In this document: positions 44,221-52,880 of the stretch, in pieces
Numbering within the stretch: position 1 is the stretch's first letter
Layout: the number at the start of each line of letters is the position of its first letter
Source: a virus
Lineage: Duplodnaviria; Caudoviricetes
DNA: 55,664 nt
Virus record (IMG/VR): IMGVR_UViG_3300020020_000035
Coordinates: 1 to 55,664 of that record
Strand: one strand, 5' to 3'
Notes under the pieces: generated by a model
Told to the model about the DNA's origin: nothing
What the model saw: the letters and a program-made list of their open reading frames with translations, nothing else
The model's database searches: none
Made by a program: the position numbers and the translations under genes

Positions 44221-44600
44221 TGGAGCTCCATCGGTGCGCCCTGGAGCTTGATCGTCGCCGTGCCTTCTGCGGTGTTGTAGGCCGGCTTATCACCGAACTG
44301 CATCTGACCGCCCTGGTAGGTGCGGCCGTCGGCGAGCGTGATGGTCGCTGGCCAGAAGTCGCCTCGCGCCGCGAGCGTGTCGAGGTGCTTCATCGACTCC
44401 TGGACGTTGTCGATCAGGATGACGATCCCGTCGACATCGGACGGCTCCACCTTCTTCAAAAGGTAGGGCTGCCCGCCGCCGCTGATCTTCACCTCGTTCG
44501 AATAGATCCCGGGCTTCAGCGTCGCGCCGGCCTCGGAGGTGCACTGATAGATTCTGCCGTCGAGAGACACCTCTCGGATGGGCCCGCCTACTGCTGACAT
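44217..44600 (-). CDS. Tail tube protein
   Basis: 127 aa after the sheath; ITLADGRTYQG. Confidence 0.8.
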   Translation of the reverse strand: MSAVGGPIREVSLDGRIYQCTSEAGATLKPGIYSNEVKISGGGQPYLLKKVEPSDVDGIVILIDNVQESMKHLDTLAARGDFWPATITLADGRTYQGGQMQFGDKPAYNTAEGTATIKLQGAPMELQ

Positions 44601-44710
44601 GCGTGGGGTTCCTTCGTGGAAAACGGGCGCACCTCACCCGCCGCGCCCCGCTCGATTGCGAGGCACGTCAGGAGGCGTGCGCGGACTTCAGGTGTGGGAG
44701 CTCGCGCGCA

Positions 44711-46486
44711 TCACGCGGCGAGCGGCGCGGCTCCGAGGAAGAAGCTGAACAGGATCTCCGCGTCCTTGATCTCGGTGTTTCCCGAGAGGAACGCAGGGAT
44801 CTTCAGGTCGAGCCGATTCGGATTCTGCGGGCTGATGTTCGCCGTCGTGCCGGCCTTGGCCGACTCGGGATCCGCGATGATGGCTGACAGCCCGAGCTGG
44901 TCGAGCATGCGCCCGACCGCAGCCTTCGCGTTCTTCGGCTTCTTCGCCTTCGGGTTGTCCGTCAGCTGATCGTCCGGCAAGAGCGGCGCGCTGGCCCACT
45001 CCTCGGACTCGAAGATCCGCGTCACGTTGTAGACGATGTTCTGGATCTTCACGATGTTCACCACGTAGCGATACGCGGGGTCCGCCTCTCCTGCCGGGTG
45101 GTACATCGTGACGATGTCCGCGAGCTTCACGACGGCGTCTCCGACCGTGATGGTCGAGCAGCCCGCCTTCATGGCGTAGTCGCGCGTTGGGTAGTTCCAC
45201 TGCGAGGCGTCGGCGCCGGAGACGAGTGTCGGGCACGCCTTCGCGCTGTAGCCCGTGGCAGGGTTGTTGTTCGCCTCGAGGATGATCTTCGCCAGCTGAG
45301 CCGACGCAATCACGCACGGGAGATTGGGTGAGCCGGGCGCCACGAGCTGCACGTTGATGCGGTCCGACGGGCGAGCGTTCGGTACGGCGATCGCGTCTGC
45401 CATCGCGGGCTTATTGTCGCCCACGAACGCCATGAGCTGCTTGCGCTCGAGCGCGCCCCAGCGACCTTCGCCGAAGGTCTGGAGGCGTGTGAGGTTCGTG
45501 GTGTCGCCGGGGTTCAGCGCGTTGACGATCATCGTCTCCCACGAGGAACCGACCTGGTCGATCGCCGTCGTGAGGTCCGGATTGATGGTGCCGCCCGCGG
45601 GCTGCGTGAAGACGAAGGTCGCGCCGTTCAGGTCGCCGATGACCTCGAGCTTCAGGTCCATCGCCGACACGCCCTTCCAGGCGGAGGTCATAACGATGGC
45701 CGTGGCCGGGACGGTGATCACGAAGTAGGCGCCGAGACCGAAGTCCGTGGCTCCGTCCGTGACCGTGAACTGGATGCCCGCGACGTTGAAGACCGTGGCT
45801 CCGCCGGCTCCAGGGGTCTGCGTGAGACCGGTCGCGACGACGACGCCGTTGGGGTCGGCGAGCTGCCAGACGCCGCCGTTCGTGACGGCCGATGTGTTCG
45901 TGAGGCGCCAGTCGCCTGGGCGAGGGGTACCGGTCACACTGAGAGCCGTCACGGTACCGTTGCCGGTGCCCGTGATCGCGCCCACCGTCACGGTGCCGTA
46001 CGTGTACGTGACGACGTACGGGAAGTGAGACACGGCCTTCATGGCCTCGCCCGCCTGGCCGCGCACGTAGTTCGCGCTGACCGCTCCCACCGGGAGAGTG
46101 AACTCCGCGGACTCGATGCCACCTGCGCGGACCTTGAACGGGCTCGCCTTGGTGAGCGTGCCCGTGATGTCCACCGCGGCCACCGCAGCAGTTGAGCCCG
46201 GGCCGTCGAGGAGCGGATAGACCGTCAGCGGGATCGACCCGATGCCGCCGCTCTGAGCCAGGAGCTCGCGAGCGCACAGGTACGCGGGCGACTTGAACCC
46301 GAGCTTCGTTCCCACGTCCGTCGCCGAGGTGGCCACGAACTTGGTCGTCGGATACGAGCTTGCCGTCGCGCCCTGGGCGAAGAGGGCGCACTTCTGCGGC
46401 AGGAAGACGACGCTTCCAGGACGCGCGTTCTGATACTTCGCCTCGACGCCGAGGCCTGCCGCTCTCGCGGATACATCGATACTCAT
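44711..46486 (-). CDS. Tail sheath protein (Mu gpL-like)
   Basis: FGFKSP, GGTINPD, EANNNPA, IVTMYH, NPNRLD; size and position. Confidence 0.88.
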   Translation of the reverse strand: MSIDVSARAAGLGVEAKYQNARPGSVVFLPQKCALFAQGATASSYPTTKFVATSATDVGTKLGFKSPAYLCARELLAQSGGIGSIPLTVYPLLDGPGSTAAVAAVDITGTLTKASPFKVRAGGIESAEFTLPVGAVSANYVRGQAGEAMKAVSHFPYVVTYTYGTVTVGAITGTGNGTVTALSVTGTPRPGDWRLTNTSAVTNGGVWQLADPNGVVVATGLTQTPGAGGATVFNVAGIQFTVTDGATDFGLGAYFVITVPATAIVMTSAWKGVSAMDLKLEVIGDLNGATFVFTQPAGGTINPDLTTAIDQVGSSWETMIVNALNPGDTTNLTRLQTFGEGRWGALERKQLMAFVGDNKPAMADAIAVPNARPSDRINVQLVAPGSPNLPCVIASAQLAKIILEANNNPATGYSAKACPTLVSGADASQWNYPTRDYAMKAGCSTITVGDAVVKLADIVTMYHPAGEADPAYRYVVNIVKIQNIVYNVTRIFESEEWASAPLLPDDQLTDNPKAKKPKNAKAAVGRMLDQLGLSAIIADPESAKAGTTANISPQNPNRLDLKIPAFLSGNTEIKDAEILFSFFLGAAPLAA

Positions 46487-46502
46487 GGTTCTGCCTCACT
46501 CC

Positions 46503-47204
46503 TCAGGGGGGTGGTGGAAAGTCGATCTGAGCGGCGACGAGGAGCTCTCCTCCGGGGCCGCGGGTGACCTCTGTCAGGACGGACTGCAGCGGCACCGGGA
46601 CCCACTGCGGGGAGAACTCGAGGAAGTCGACGCGGAACGCGATACGCATCGATGCGACGTGCTGCCGCGGTCGCTCGTTGATGGGCGGGCTCTGCGCCTC
46701 GCGGCCATCCCACATGCGCTTCGCGACCGTGCCCGTCATGAGCAGGTCGACGTACTGAGCCGACATCAGGATGTTTCGCGCGAGGAAGCTGGCGCGCTCC
46801 GCCTGCCTCACCGCGAACTCGTCGCCGGGGTCGTGGCCGCCGTCACCGCGTGCGCGCGAGACCGCGTGCCCGTAGCAATCGACGACGAACACGGCGCTCG
46901 TCATCTGCTGATTGACGGTGTTCGACCGTCGACCGTCGACCGCGTCGCTCTGAAACCAGACGTTCACGATGCGCGGCTCGTCCTCGCATCCGGAGTCGTC
47001 CTCCTCCTGCCCCATCCAAAACTGGAACGGGTTGGCGCGCTCCGTGTAGACGCGGAGAGACCAGCCCTCAGCCTCGCGGCCCACCGCCTTCGCGAGCGTT
47101 TCCCAGTTCGCCGACTCGAGCTTGATGATCGCCGCGATGGCGTCGCGGATGATCGTCAAGTTGTCCGACGGCTTCGTCGGGAGCTCGGTGATGATGGCCG
47201 GCAC
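46503..47204 (-). CDS. Tail completion / terminator protein
   Basis: Directly upstream of the sheath. Confidence 0.65.
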   Translation of the reverse strand: MPAIITELPTKPSDNLTIIRDAIAAIIKLESANWETLAKAVGREAEGWSLRVYTERANPFQFWMGQEEDDSGCEDEPRIVNVWFQSDAVDGRRSNTVNQQMTSAVFVVDCYGHAVSRARGDGGHDPGDEFAVRQAERASFLARNILMSAQYVDLLMTGTVAKRMWDGREAQSPPINERPRQHVASMRIAFRVDFLEFSPQWVPVPLQSVLTEVTRGPGGELLVAAQIDFPPPP

Positions 47205-47213
47205 GGAGGATGG

Positions 47214-47594
47214 TCAGCGCTTGAAGGCTTCGAGTGTGCAGGTCACGATCCCGAGGCTGCGATCGGGCATCGCCTCGGAGACCTTCGCCGTCGTCGGTCG
47301 ACCGTTGATGTCGTTGAACTCGACGGTCCACGGCTCGCGCTCGGAGTCAGCGATCCCCTTCGGGATCTCGAGCCCGGCCGCGATGAGGTCCCGGATCGAG
47401 ATCGCGATCGTCGCCTTGCGGTTCGTGATCGCGAGTCCCGTCTCCGGGTCGAGCGACACCGCTACGTCGTTCGCGAAGCCGAGGAGCTGCGCCTGCTGGC
47501 CGTCCGGATCGAGGATCCGGATCGGCCAGCTGAAGCCGTTGGCGTCGTGCAGGATCGCGCGAGCATCCGCCTCGGCTTGAACGCGGAGGCTCAC
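47214..47594 (-). CDS. Head-tail joining protein
   Basis: Position after capsid; beta-rich 126 aa. Confidence 0.6.
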   Translation of the reverse strand: MSLRVQAEADARAILHDANGFSWPIRILDPDGQQAQLLGFANDVAVSLDPETGLAITNRKATIAISIRDLIAAGLEIPKGIADSEREPWTVEFNDINGRPTTAKVSEAMPDRSLGIVTCTLEAFKR

Positions 47595-47875
47595 GACTTG
47601 ACGATGGCGCCGCGGGCGACGAGGTCGTCGAATGCGGCCTTGCCCTTGTCGCCGACGCCGAAGTCCGTGGGGGCGATGGGATGGTTTTCCTCGATCACGC
47701 CGCGAGCGCAGGTGACCGAGATCCCCTTCGCGATCACGAACCCAGCCTTCACCTTCGAGCCGTCAGCAACGGCGAGCGCATGGGCCTTCTCGGCTTCCAC
47801 TCGCTCCTTCGCGGCGATGGCCTCGGGTGATTCGGTCGGCGGGGTCGCCTTCTTCTCGTCCTTTTCGCTTGCCAT
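47591..47875 (-). CDS. Hypothetical head-region protein
   Basis: TGATG coupling to the capsid stop; MASEKDEK... Confidence 0.6.
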   Translation of the reverse strand: MASEKDEKKATPPTESPEAIAAKERVEAEKAHALAVADGSKVKAGFVIAKGISVTCARGVIEENHPIAPTDFGVGDKGKAAFDDLVARGAIVKS

Positions 47876-48963
47876 CAGAACACCGTCAGGCAGGCGTAGG
47901 TGTCGATCGCCGTCGGGATCGTCAACGGGCGCGTTCCCGCCGAGACCTTCAAGTGCTTGTTGTCCGGCGTGAACCAGGCGTTGGTCGTGAGGTCGAGACC
48001 ACGCGACGTGGACGACATGCGGCCCGGGAGGAACGCCAGGGCGCGCTGCTCGGGCTGTACCATCATCGGGATGGCGCCGAACGTCAGATCGAGGCGGCCG
48101 TCCGAGAGGAGCAGCACCTTGTTGTCCGGCACGAACGGCGTGAGCACGCTGGTCTGCGGGTGCTTGTAGTAGCCGTCGTACAGCCAAAGCTCGTACTTGT
48201 ACGTGCCCACCACCATCTCGCCGACCATCGTCGCGCCGCTTTCGCTGTTGTCGACGATCGAGCTCTGGTTGAGCTGCCCGAGTCGCAGCGAGTGCGTGTC
48301 GAGCATCTTCGTAACGATCGGGTTCGCCAGGAACCGGGGCCACGCGCCGGCACCGAAGACGAGGCGTCGCGGAACCTTCTTGCCGTTCCTACGAACCAGC
48401 GTCGCTGCGGCGGAGATGTCAGCCACCGGGGCTCCGGTAGTTCCGTCCACGGCCCACGCCGTAGTCGTGATCTTGTGAGCGGCACGCATGCCGAAGTCGA
48501 GCGTGTATAGAGTCACGCCCGCGCTGTCGGCCAGCGTCAGGATGCCGGTTTGGAAGACCTGCGACGCCATGAGCTCGATGGCTCGGCGAATCTTTTCCTC
48601 GAGCTTTCGGAAGATGCCAAAGGCCTGTCCGAGCGCCGCGGAACCGTAGTCCGGATCGCTGAACGGGTTTACCCCAGGCTGGCGCTTGATCTGGTCGTAC
48701 GCAGTGATGGTCCCGACCTCGTCGAAGATCGGAGGGGTGAAGCCCTTGTTCTGGTACAGCGTCGCTTCGTTCTCGCGAGCTCCCGCGGTCAGATCCTGGA
48801 CGACGATGGCGACGTCTTCGTTGTCGCGCATCACATCCAGCTCGACCTTTTCGGACGTGTGGAAGTTGCGGGGAGGGCTCTTGAAAAAGCCTGACAGGAA
48901 GAGAGGCGCGCTCGCCTCCTCCATGTAGGCATCGACCATGTGGATCGTGGACTTGTCGGACAT
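47875..48963 (-). CDS. Major capsid protein (lambda gpE family)
   Basis: FTPP, IRRAIELMASQVFQTG, LWLYDGYY, PFVPDNKV; start MSDKST. Confidence 0.9.
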   Translation of the reverse strand: MSDKSTIHMVDAYMEEASAPLFLSGFFKSPPRNFHTSEKVELDVMRDNEDVAIVVQDLTAGARENEATLYQNKGFTPPIFDEVGTITAYDQIKRQPGVNPFSDPDYGSAALGQAFGIFRKLEEKIRRAIELMASQVFQTGILTLADSAGVTLYTLDFGMRAAHKITTTAWAVDGTTGAPVADISAAATLVRRNGKKVPRRLVFGAGAWPRFLANPIVTKMLDTHSLRLGQLNQSSIVDNSESGATMVGEMVVGTYKYELWLYDGYYKHPQTSVLTPFVPDNKVLLLSDGRLDLTFGAIPMMVQPEQRALAFLPGRMSSTSRGLDLTTNAWFTPDNKHLKVSAGTRPLTIPTAIDTYACLTVF

Positions 48964-49108
48964 ATTGTTTGGCTGCTTTCCGGTGAGCGGGGCACACCTC
49001 CGCCTCACCGGGCCCCGCGCCAAAGCGCGGCCAGTGACGGATCAGTGAGCCAGGTGGCTTGTGTGCAGCGCGGCGTCTCTCCGTTGCCGGGGACGCCGCG
49101 CTATGGGT

Positions 49109-49498
49109 TCACGTGCTGAGTTGCTGGACGTCGACGGGGACGATCCCGTACGCGCGAAGCTGGTCGAGAACGGCTGCGTCGACGTTTGCGCCGGTGCCGT
49201 CGGCGTTGATGATCAGGCGGGTCTTGTTGACCTTGCCGGACACGAGCGCCTTTTCCTTCAGGTCTCCTGCACCCGTAGCGGTCACCGGGTAGGTGAGCAC
49301 GGCCTTGGGTATGCCGTTCTGGTTGGTCGAGCCGCCCTTCACGAACGGCACGAGCTTCAGCGAGACGCTGTCACGCGCCAGGATGCAGCCCGCGAGCAGG
49401 GTCGCGGCACCGCCGAAGGTGATGAGTTCGTCTCGGTGCACCTCGTCGCCGAGGGCGATGCTCCCGAGGTCCACATTGGTCAAAACTTGCGCGGGCAT
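49109..49498 (-). CDS. Head decoration protein (lambda gpD-like)
   Basis: Between protease and capsid; AGCILAR, LRAYGI. Confidence 0.75.
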   Translation of the reverse strand: MPAQVLTNVDLGSIALGDEVHRDELITFGGAATLLAGCILARDSVSLKLVPFVKGGSTNQNGIPKAVLTYPVTATGAGDLKEKALVSGKVNKTRLIINADGTGANVDAAVLDQLRAYGIVPVDVQQLST

Positions 49499-49520
49499 GT
49501 TCTCTGGTTCCCTTCAGAAT

Positions 49521-50912
49521 TCAGGAGTGGATGTAGTGACCGCTCCGGGGCATGGTCCGCTCGGAGGTTTCCTTCTTCGCGGGACCGAACGCGCGATACG
49601 CGACCTGATCCCCGATGTCTTCGGTCGTGCCTGGCACGCCACCGGCAGCGAGAGCCGGAACCGCTCCCGTGAGCGCGCCAGTGGTCTGGTCGGCCTCGCC
49701 CTGACGATCGGTCACCGCGCGGCGATTGATGCCGGCGGAGAGGTATTCTGCGTGCACCTCTTCGTCGATCACGGATGCGCCGCTATCGATGCACTTGAAC
49801 GCGAACTCCGTCGCTCCCGTGGACTTCGCGAGCTTGAGGTGCGCGGTCACACGCTTCCGCTCGGTGGTCTGGCCCTGCGTGGCCCCCTTGGCGAGCATCG
49901 CGGCGTGAAGCTGCGGAAACTGTGCGAGCAACTCTTCTTCGGTCATGGTGTTTTCTTTCCTCGGTTGCCCCGTGATCCGAGGCGGTTGGTTGACGGAGCC
50001 CGCGGCCGTGCCGGTGGGCATCAGGGTGTCTTTCTGGTTCGGACCAGGGACGACGAGCGTCGCTCGGTCGATCGGCTCGATCTCGTCGTCCGCCGATGCC
50101 TTCGCGGAGCCGCGCTTCGCAGCCTTCGGGATCCGGTCGATCATGCCGGCGGCCTTCGCCGCGTCCGCGATTACCGTGCCGCCTCGCCCGAAGTCCGCGT
50201 TGACCTGGGCGACGGTGAACCGCTGCCCGGTCGCGTTCGTGCGACCGCGAGCGATCGCGTCCACGAAGATTTCGTGGAAGGCGTCGAGCTCGGCTCGAAC
50301 GACCGCCTTCCCCTCTTCGGTAGTCACATTCGGGCGCTTGTTGGGCGCCTCGGTGCTCGTGATGTCGACCTGTTCAGGGTCGACGAAGAACGTCTTGCAA
50401 ACGCCGACGCTCCCGAACTCCGAGGCGGGCCCGACCGCTTGAATCGGACCAGCCATCGCCGCGAGCGCGTACGCCGCCGAGCAGGCCAGCGAGGCCACGA
50501 CCTTGATCGGCTTGGAGAACGACTCGATTGCCGCCAACGTCTCGAAGAGGCCATCGACGTATCCGCCAGGGCTGCTCACCACCATGACGACGTTCGTCAC
50601 CGTGGGGTTCGCGGCGGCCAGAGCAAACCCGTCCCGGATGTCCGAGTAGCAGGTCTGGTCGATCCCCAGGAGCCACGCCCAGAAGTCGGGCTCCTCGGAG
50701 AGGACGCCGCAAACGCGGATCTCGGCGGTGTTACCGACGACCGTGTAGCCGTCTGGCTCACTCGACGCGCCCGCCCCGGTGCCGCCACGAGCGACCTTGC
50801 CGGCGCGAGCCGCGCGGAGCTCCTCGAGCTGCGCCACAGTCGGAACTACGCCCGTGTTGAACAGGCGCCCGATCGTTTGCGCGACGTCGTGTCGCATGAA
50901 CATTCTGAGCAT
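49521..50912 (-). CDS. S49 prohead protease / scaffold
   Basis: SSPGG, ACSAAYALA, GSVGV, GMIDRI; scaffold-like C-terminus. Confidence 0.9.
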   Translation of the reverse strand: MLRMFMRHDVAQTIGRLFNTGVVPTVAQLEELRAARAGKVARGGTGAGASSEPDGYTVVGNTAEIRVCGVLSEEPDFWAWLLGIDQTCYSDIRDGFALAAANPTVTNVVMVVSSPGGYVDGLFETLAAIESFSKPIKVVASLACSAAYALAAMAGPIQAVGPASEFGSVGVCKTFFVDPEQVDITSTEAPNKRPNVTTEEGKAVVRAELDAFHEIFVDAIARGRTNATGQRFTVAQVNADFGRGGTVIADAAKAAGMIDRIPKAAKRGSAKASADDEIEPIDRATLVVPGPNQKDTLMPTGTAAGSVNQPPRITGQPRKENTMTEEELLAQFPQLHAAMLAKGATQGQTTERKRVTAHLKLAKSTGATEFAFKCIDSGASVIDEEVHAEYLSAGINRRAVTDRQGEADQTTGALTGAVPALAAGGVPGTTEDIGDQVAYRAFGPAKKETSERTMPRSGHYIHS

Positions 50913-50920
50913 GGTCGTCT

Positions 50921-52609
50921 TTACTTGTGCTCGAGCAACGACAGCCGCGGCCTCGGCGAGGCGCTGATCCCCTCAGGAGAACCGTCTTCGGTGTCGTCGC
51001 TCGGTGGTGCCGCGTCGTCCGGACCCGGTTGCTCCGGTGGCGTCGGCTTCTCCGCCGCCTTCAGTTCAGCGAGCGGCTGATTCGCCTCGGCGACTTGCTT
51101 GTTCTCGAGCGCGAGCTTCTGCACGTTCTTCGAGAACTTCGTGCCGGTGAGCTCGCGTGAAGCTCGGTCTCGAGTGATGAACCCCTCTTCGACCATCGCC
51201 TTGTATCCGGCAACGAGCTTGGTCAGGTCGACGGCGGGCTTGATGTGCCCCGCCCAGTCGCTCGCGACCCACGCGCCGTATATGTCGTGCTGGTGCGCGT
51301 CGCGCCACGCCTCCAGGAGTCCTGGCGCCTTGATCTTGCCGGCGAGCACCTGCGAGAGCAGCCAGTCCTCGTAGAACGGCTTGCAGAAGTCGGATCCGAA
51401 GTCGGTCCGGATCCGGTTCAAGTACATCTTGAACTCGTTGATCGCCGCCTGGCTCGCCGAGTAGTTGTTCGAGAACGCGAGCCGCAGGATCTCCGGTGGC
51501 ATCTCGTGGCACCACGCCACCGCTTGGATGATCGCTTCCTCGAAGTCGCCGAACTTCTCGTCGGTGCCATGGCTCGGGAACGCGACCGGCTCCTCGCCCT
51601 GTTGCAGTTCCTCGATCACCCATCCGGGGATCATCTCCGCGGAGCGGAACCGGCGCTGAGTGCCATCCGAAGAGGTAACGGATTCGACGCTCCTGCGGAC
51701 GGCGCCGCCCGTGACCGGGCTCGAGCCTTTCTTGGCCTCGCCCTTCTTGACGAACATGGCCAGCATCGAGTTGATGACGGCCTTCCGCTGCGTACTGTCC
51801 CGGTACCGATCGATCTCCTTCAGCGACTGGAGAACGATGCCGAGGAGCGGCTTTCCGCGCACCTCCCCGAGGCGGTGGTCGAGCCCGTAGTAGAGCCAGG
51901 CGAGCCTACGCCCGCTCTTCTCGCCCCACGCCGGAAGCCTCCGGTATTCCGTGTCCCCGGTGGCGTAGTTCTCTTGGCGAATCCAGAACGCCGTGTGACG
52001 GCCCTGCTCGTCGAGCTCGACGCCGTCAACGACCCGCTTGCTGCTTCGAAGCAGATTCGGCGGCGTCTGGACGCAGGCTCCGGACACCAGGCGGCATCTC
52101 GGCAGCCCGTTGGCAGGATTCTGGACCGGGACACAAAGCACGTCCCCGGCAACGATCGCCTCGCGGCGCGCGGCGGCCTGCTGCTGCCCGAACGTCTCGC
52201 GCTCGTAGAAGTCGCAGAGGTATGGCGAATCCGCGTAGAGCTTGAACCTGTTCTCGACGTCTTCTGACCACTCCGAGAGTGCGTCTTCCTGGAGCCCGAG
52301 GATCTTTTCCTCCGGGTCGCACTCGAGATGCAGGCCGACGTTGATCTCGTTCGTGACGAGCCGTCGAACCAGCCCACGGGCGTAAAGGTTTTGCTCGAAC
52401 AGCTCCGACGATCGGGCCCGCAGCGTCCAGTAGTCCGGCGCCAGGACTCGCGTGAGCCCGTAGCCTCCAGGGAACTTGTCGCCGGTGTCCCAGTCGACCG
52501 TGTAGGGCGGGAGCTGCGAGTAGGCAACCGCTGGGGGAGGCTCTACCGTGACCGGGACCAGCTCCGTCGCTGTCTCGCGCTGGCGGCGTTTCTTGGCGCG
52601 TCGAGACAT
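50921..52609 (-). CDS. Portal protein (lambda gpB family)
   Basis: LRARSSELFEQN, GVELDEQGR, RGKPLL, NYSASQAA. Confidence 0.92.
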   Translation of the reverse strand: MSRRAKKRRQRETATELVPVTVEPPPAVAYSQLPPYTVDWDTGDKFPGGYGLTRVLAPDYWTLRARSSELFEQNLYARGLVRRLVTNEINVGLHLECDPEEKILGLQEDALSEWSEDVENRFKLYADSPYLCDFYERETFGQQQAAARREAIVAGDVLCVPVQNPANGLPRCRLVSGACVQTPPNLLRSSKRVVDGVELDEQGRHTAFWIRQENYATGDTEYRRLPAWGEKSGRRLAWLYYGLDHRLGEVRGKPLLGIVLQSLKEIDRYRDSTQRKAVINSMLAMFVKKGEAKKGSSPVTGGAVRRSVESVTSSDGTQRRFRSAEMIPGWVIEELQQGEEPVAFPSHGTDEKFGDFEEAIIQAVAWCHEMPPEILRLAFSNNYSASQAAINEFKMYLNRIRTDFGSDFCKPFYEDWLLSQVLAGKIKAPGLLEAWRDAHQHDIYGAWVASDWAGHIKPAVDLTKLVAGYKAMVEEGFITRDRASRELTGTKFSKNVQKLALENKQVAEANQPLAELKAAEKPTPPEQPGPDDAAPPSDDTEDGSPEGISASPRPRLSLLEHK

Positions 52610-52616
52610 GTCGTTT

Positions 52617-52880
52617 TTAGAAAGCCGGGCGCACGTACACTGAGCCGCTGTTGCCGGAGCAGCGGTCCTTCAGCGGACCGATCTCATCTTGGATCTCGCT
52701 CCGTAGGGTTCGGAGCTTGTCGAGGTCCGCCTTCTTGACGTTTTGGCGGCTCTGCCCTGTGTCCAAAAGATACTCTTGGGCACCGCTGAGAATGGCCAGG
52801 ATCGCGGCGTTGATTGCCGCGTACATCGTCTCGAGCGTCGCGAGTTCCGCGAGCTCTTCTGCTGTGCATCCGCAAGCCAT
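52617..52880 (-). CDS. Head completion protein, gpW-like
   Basis: 87 aa between terminase and portal; QEY.LDTGQ..Q.V..ADL. Confidence 0.7.
   Translation of the reverse strand: MACGCTAEELAELATLETMYAAINAAILAILSGAQEYLLDTGQSRQNVKKADLDKLRTLRSEIQDEIGPLKDRCSGNSGSVYVRPAF

Noticed and set aside
27414-49040. CCGTCACTGG shared by two late intergenic regions
   Set aside because: A 10-mer that also occurs inside the SSB-like gene at 11801-11810
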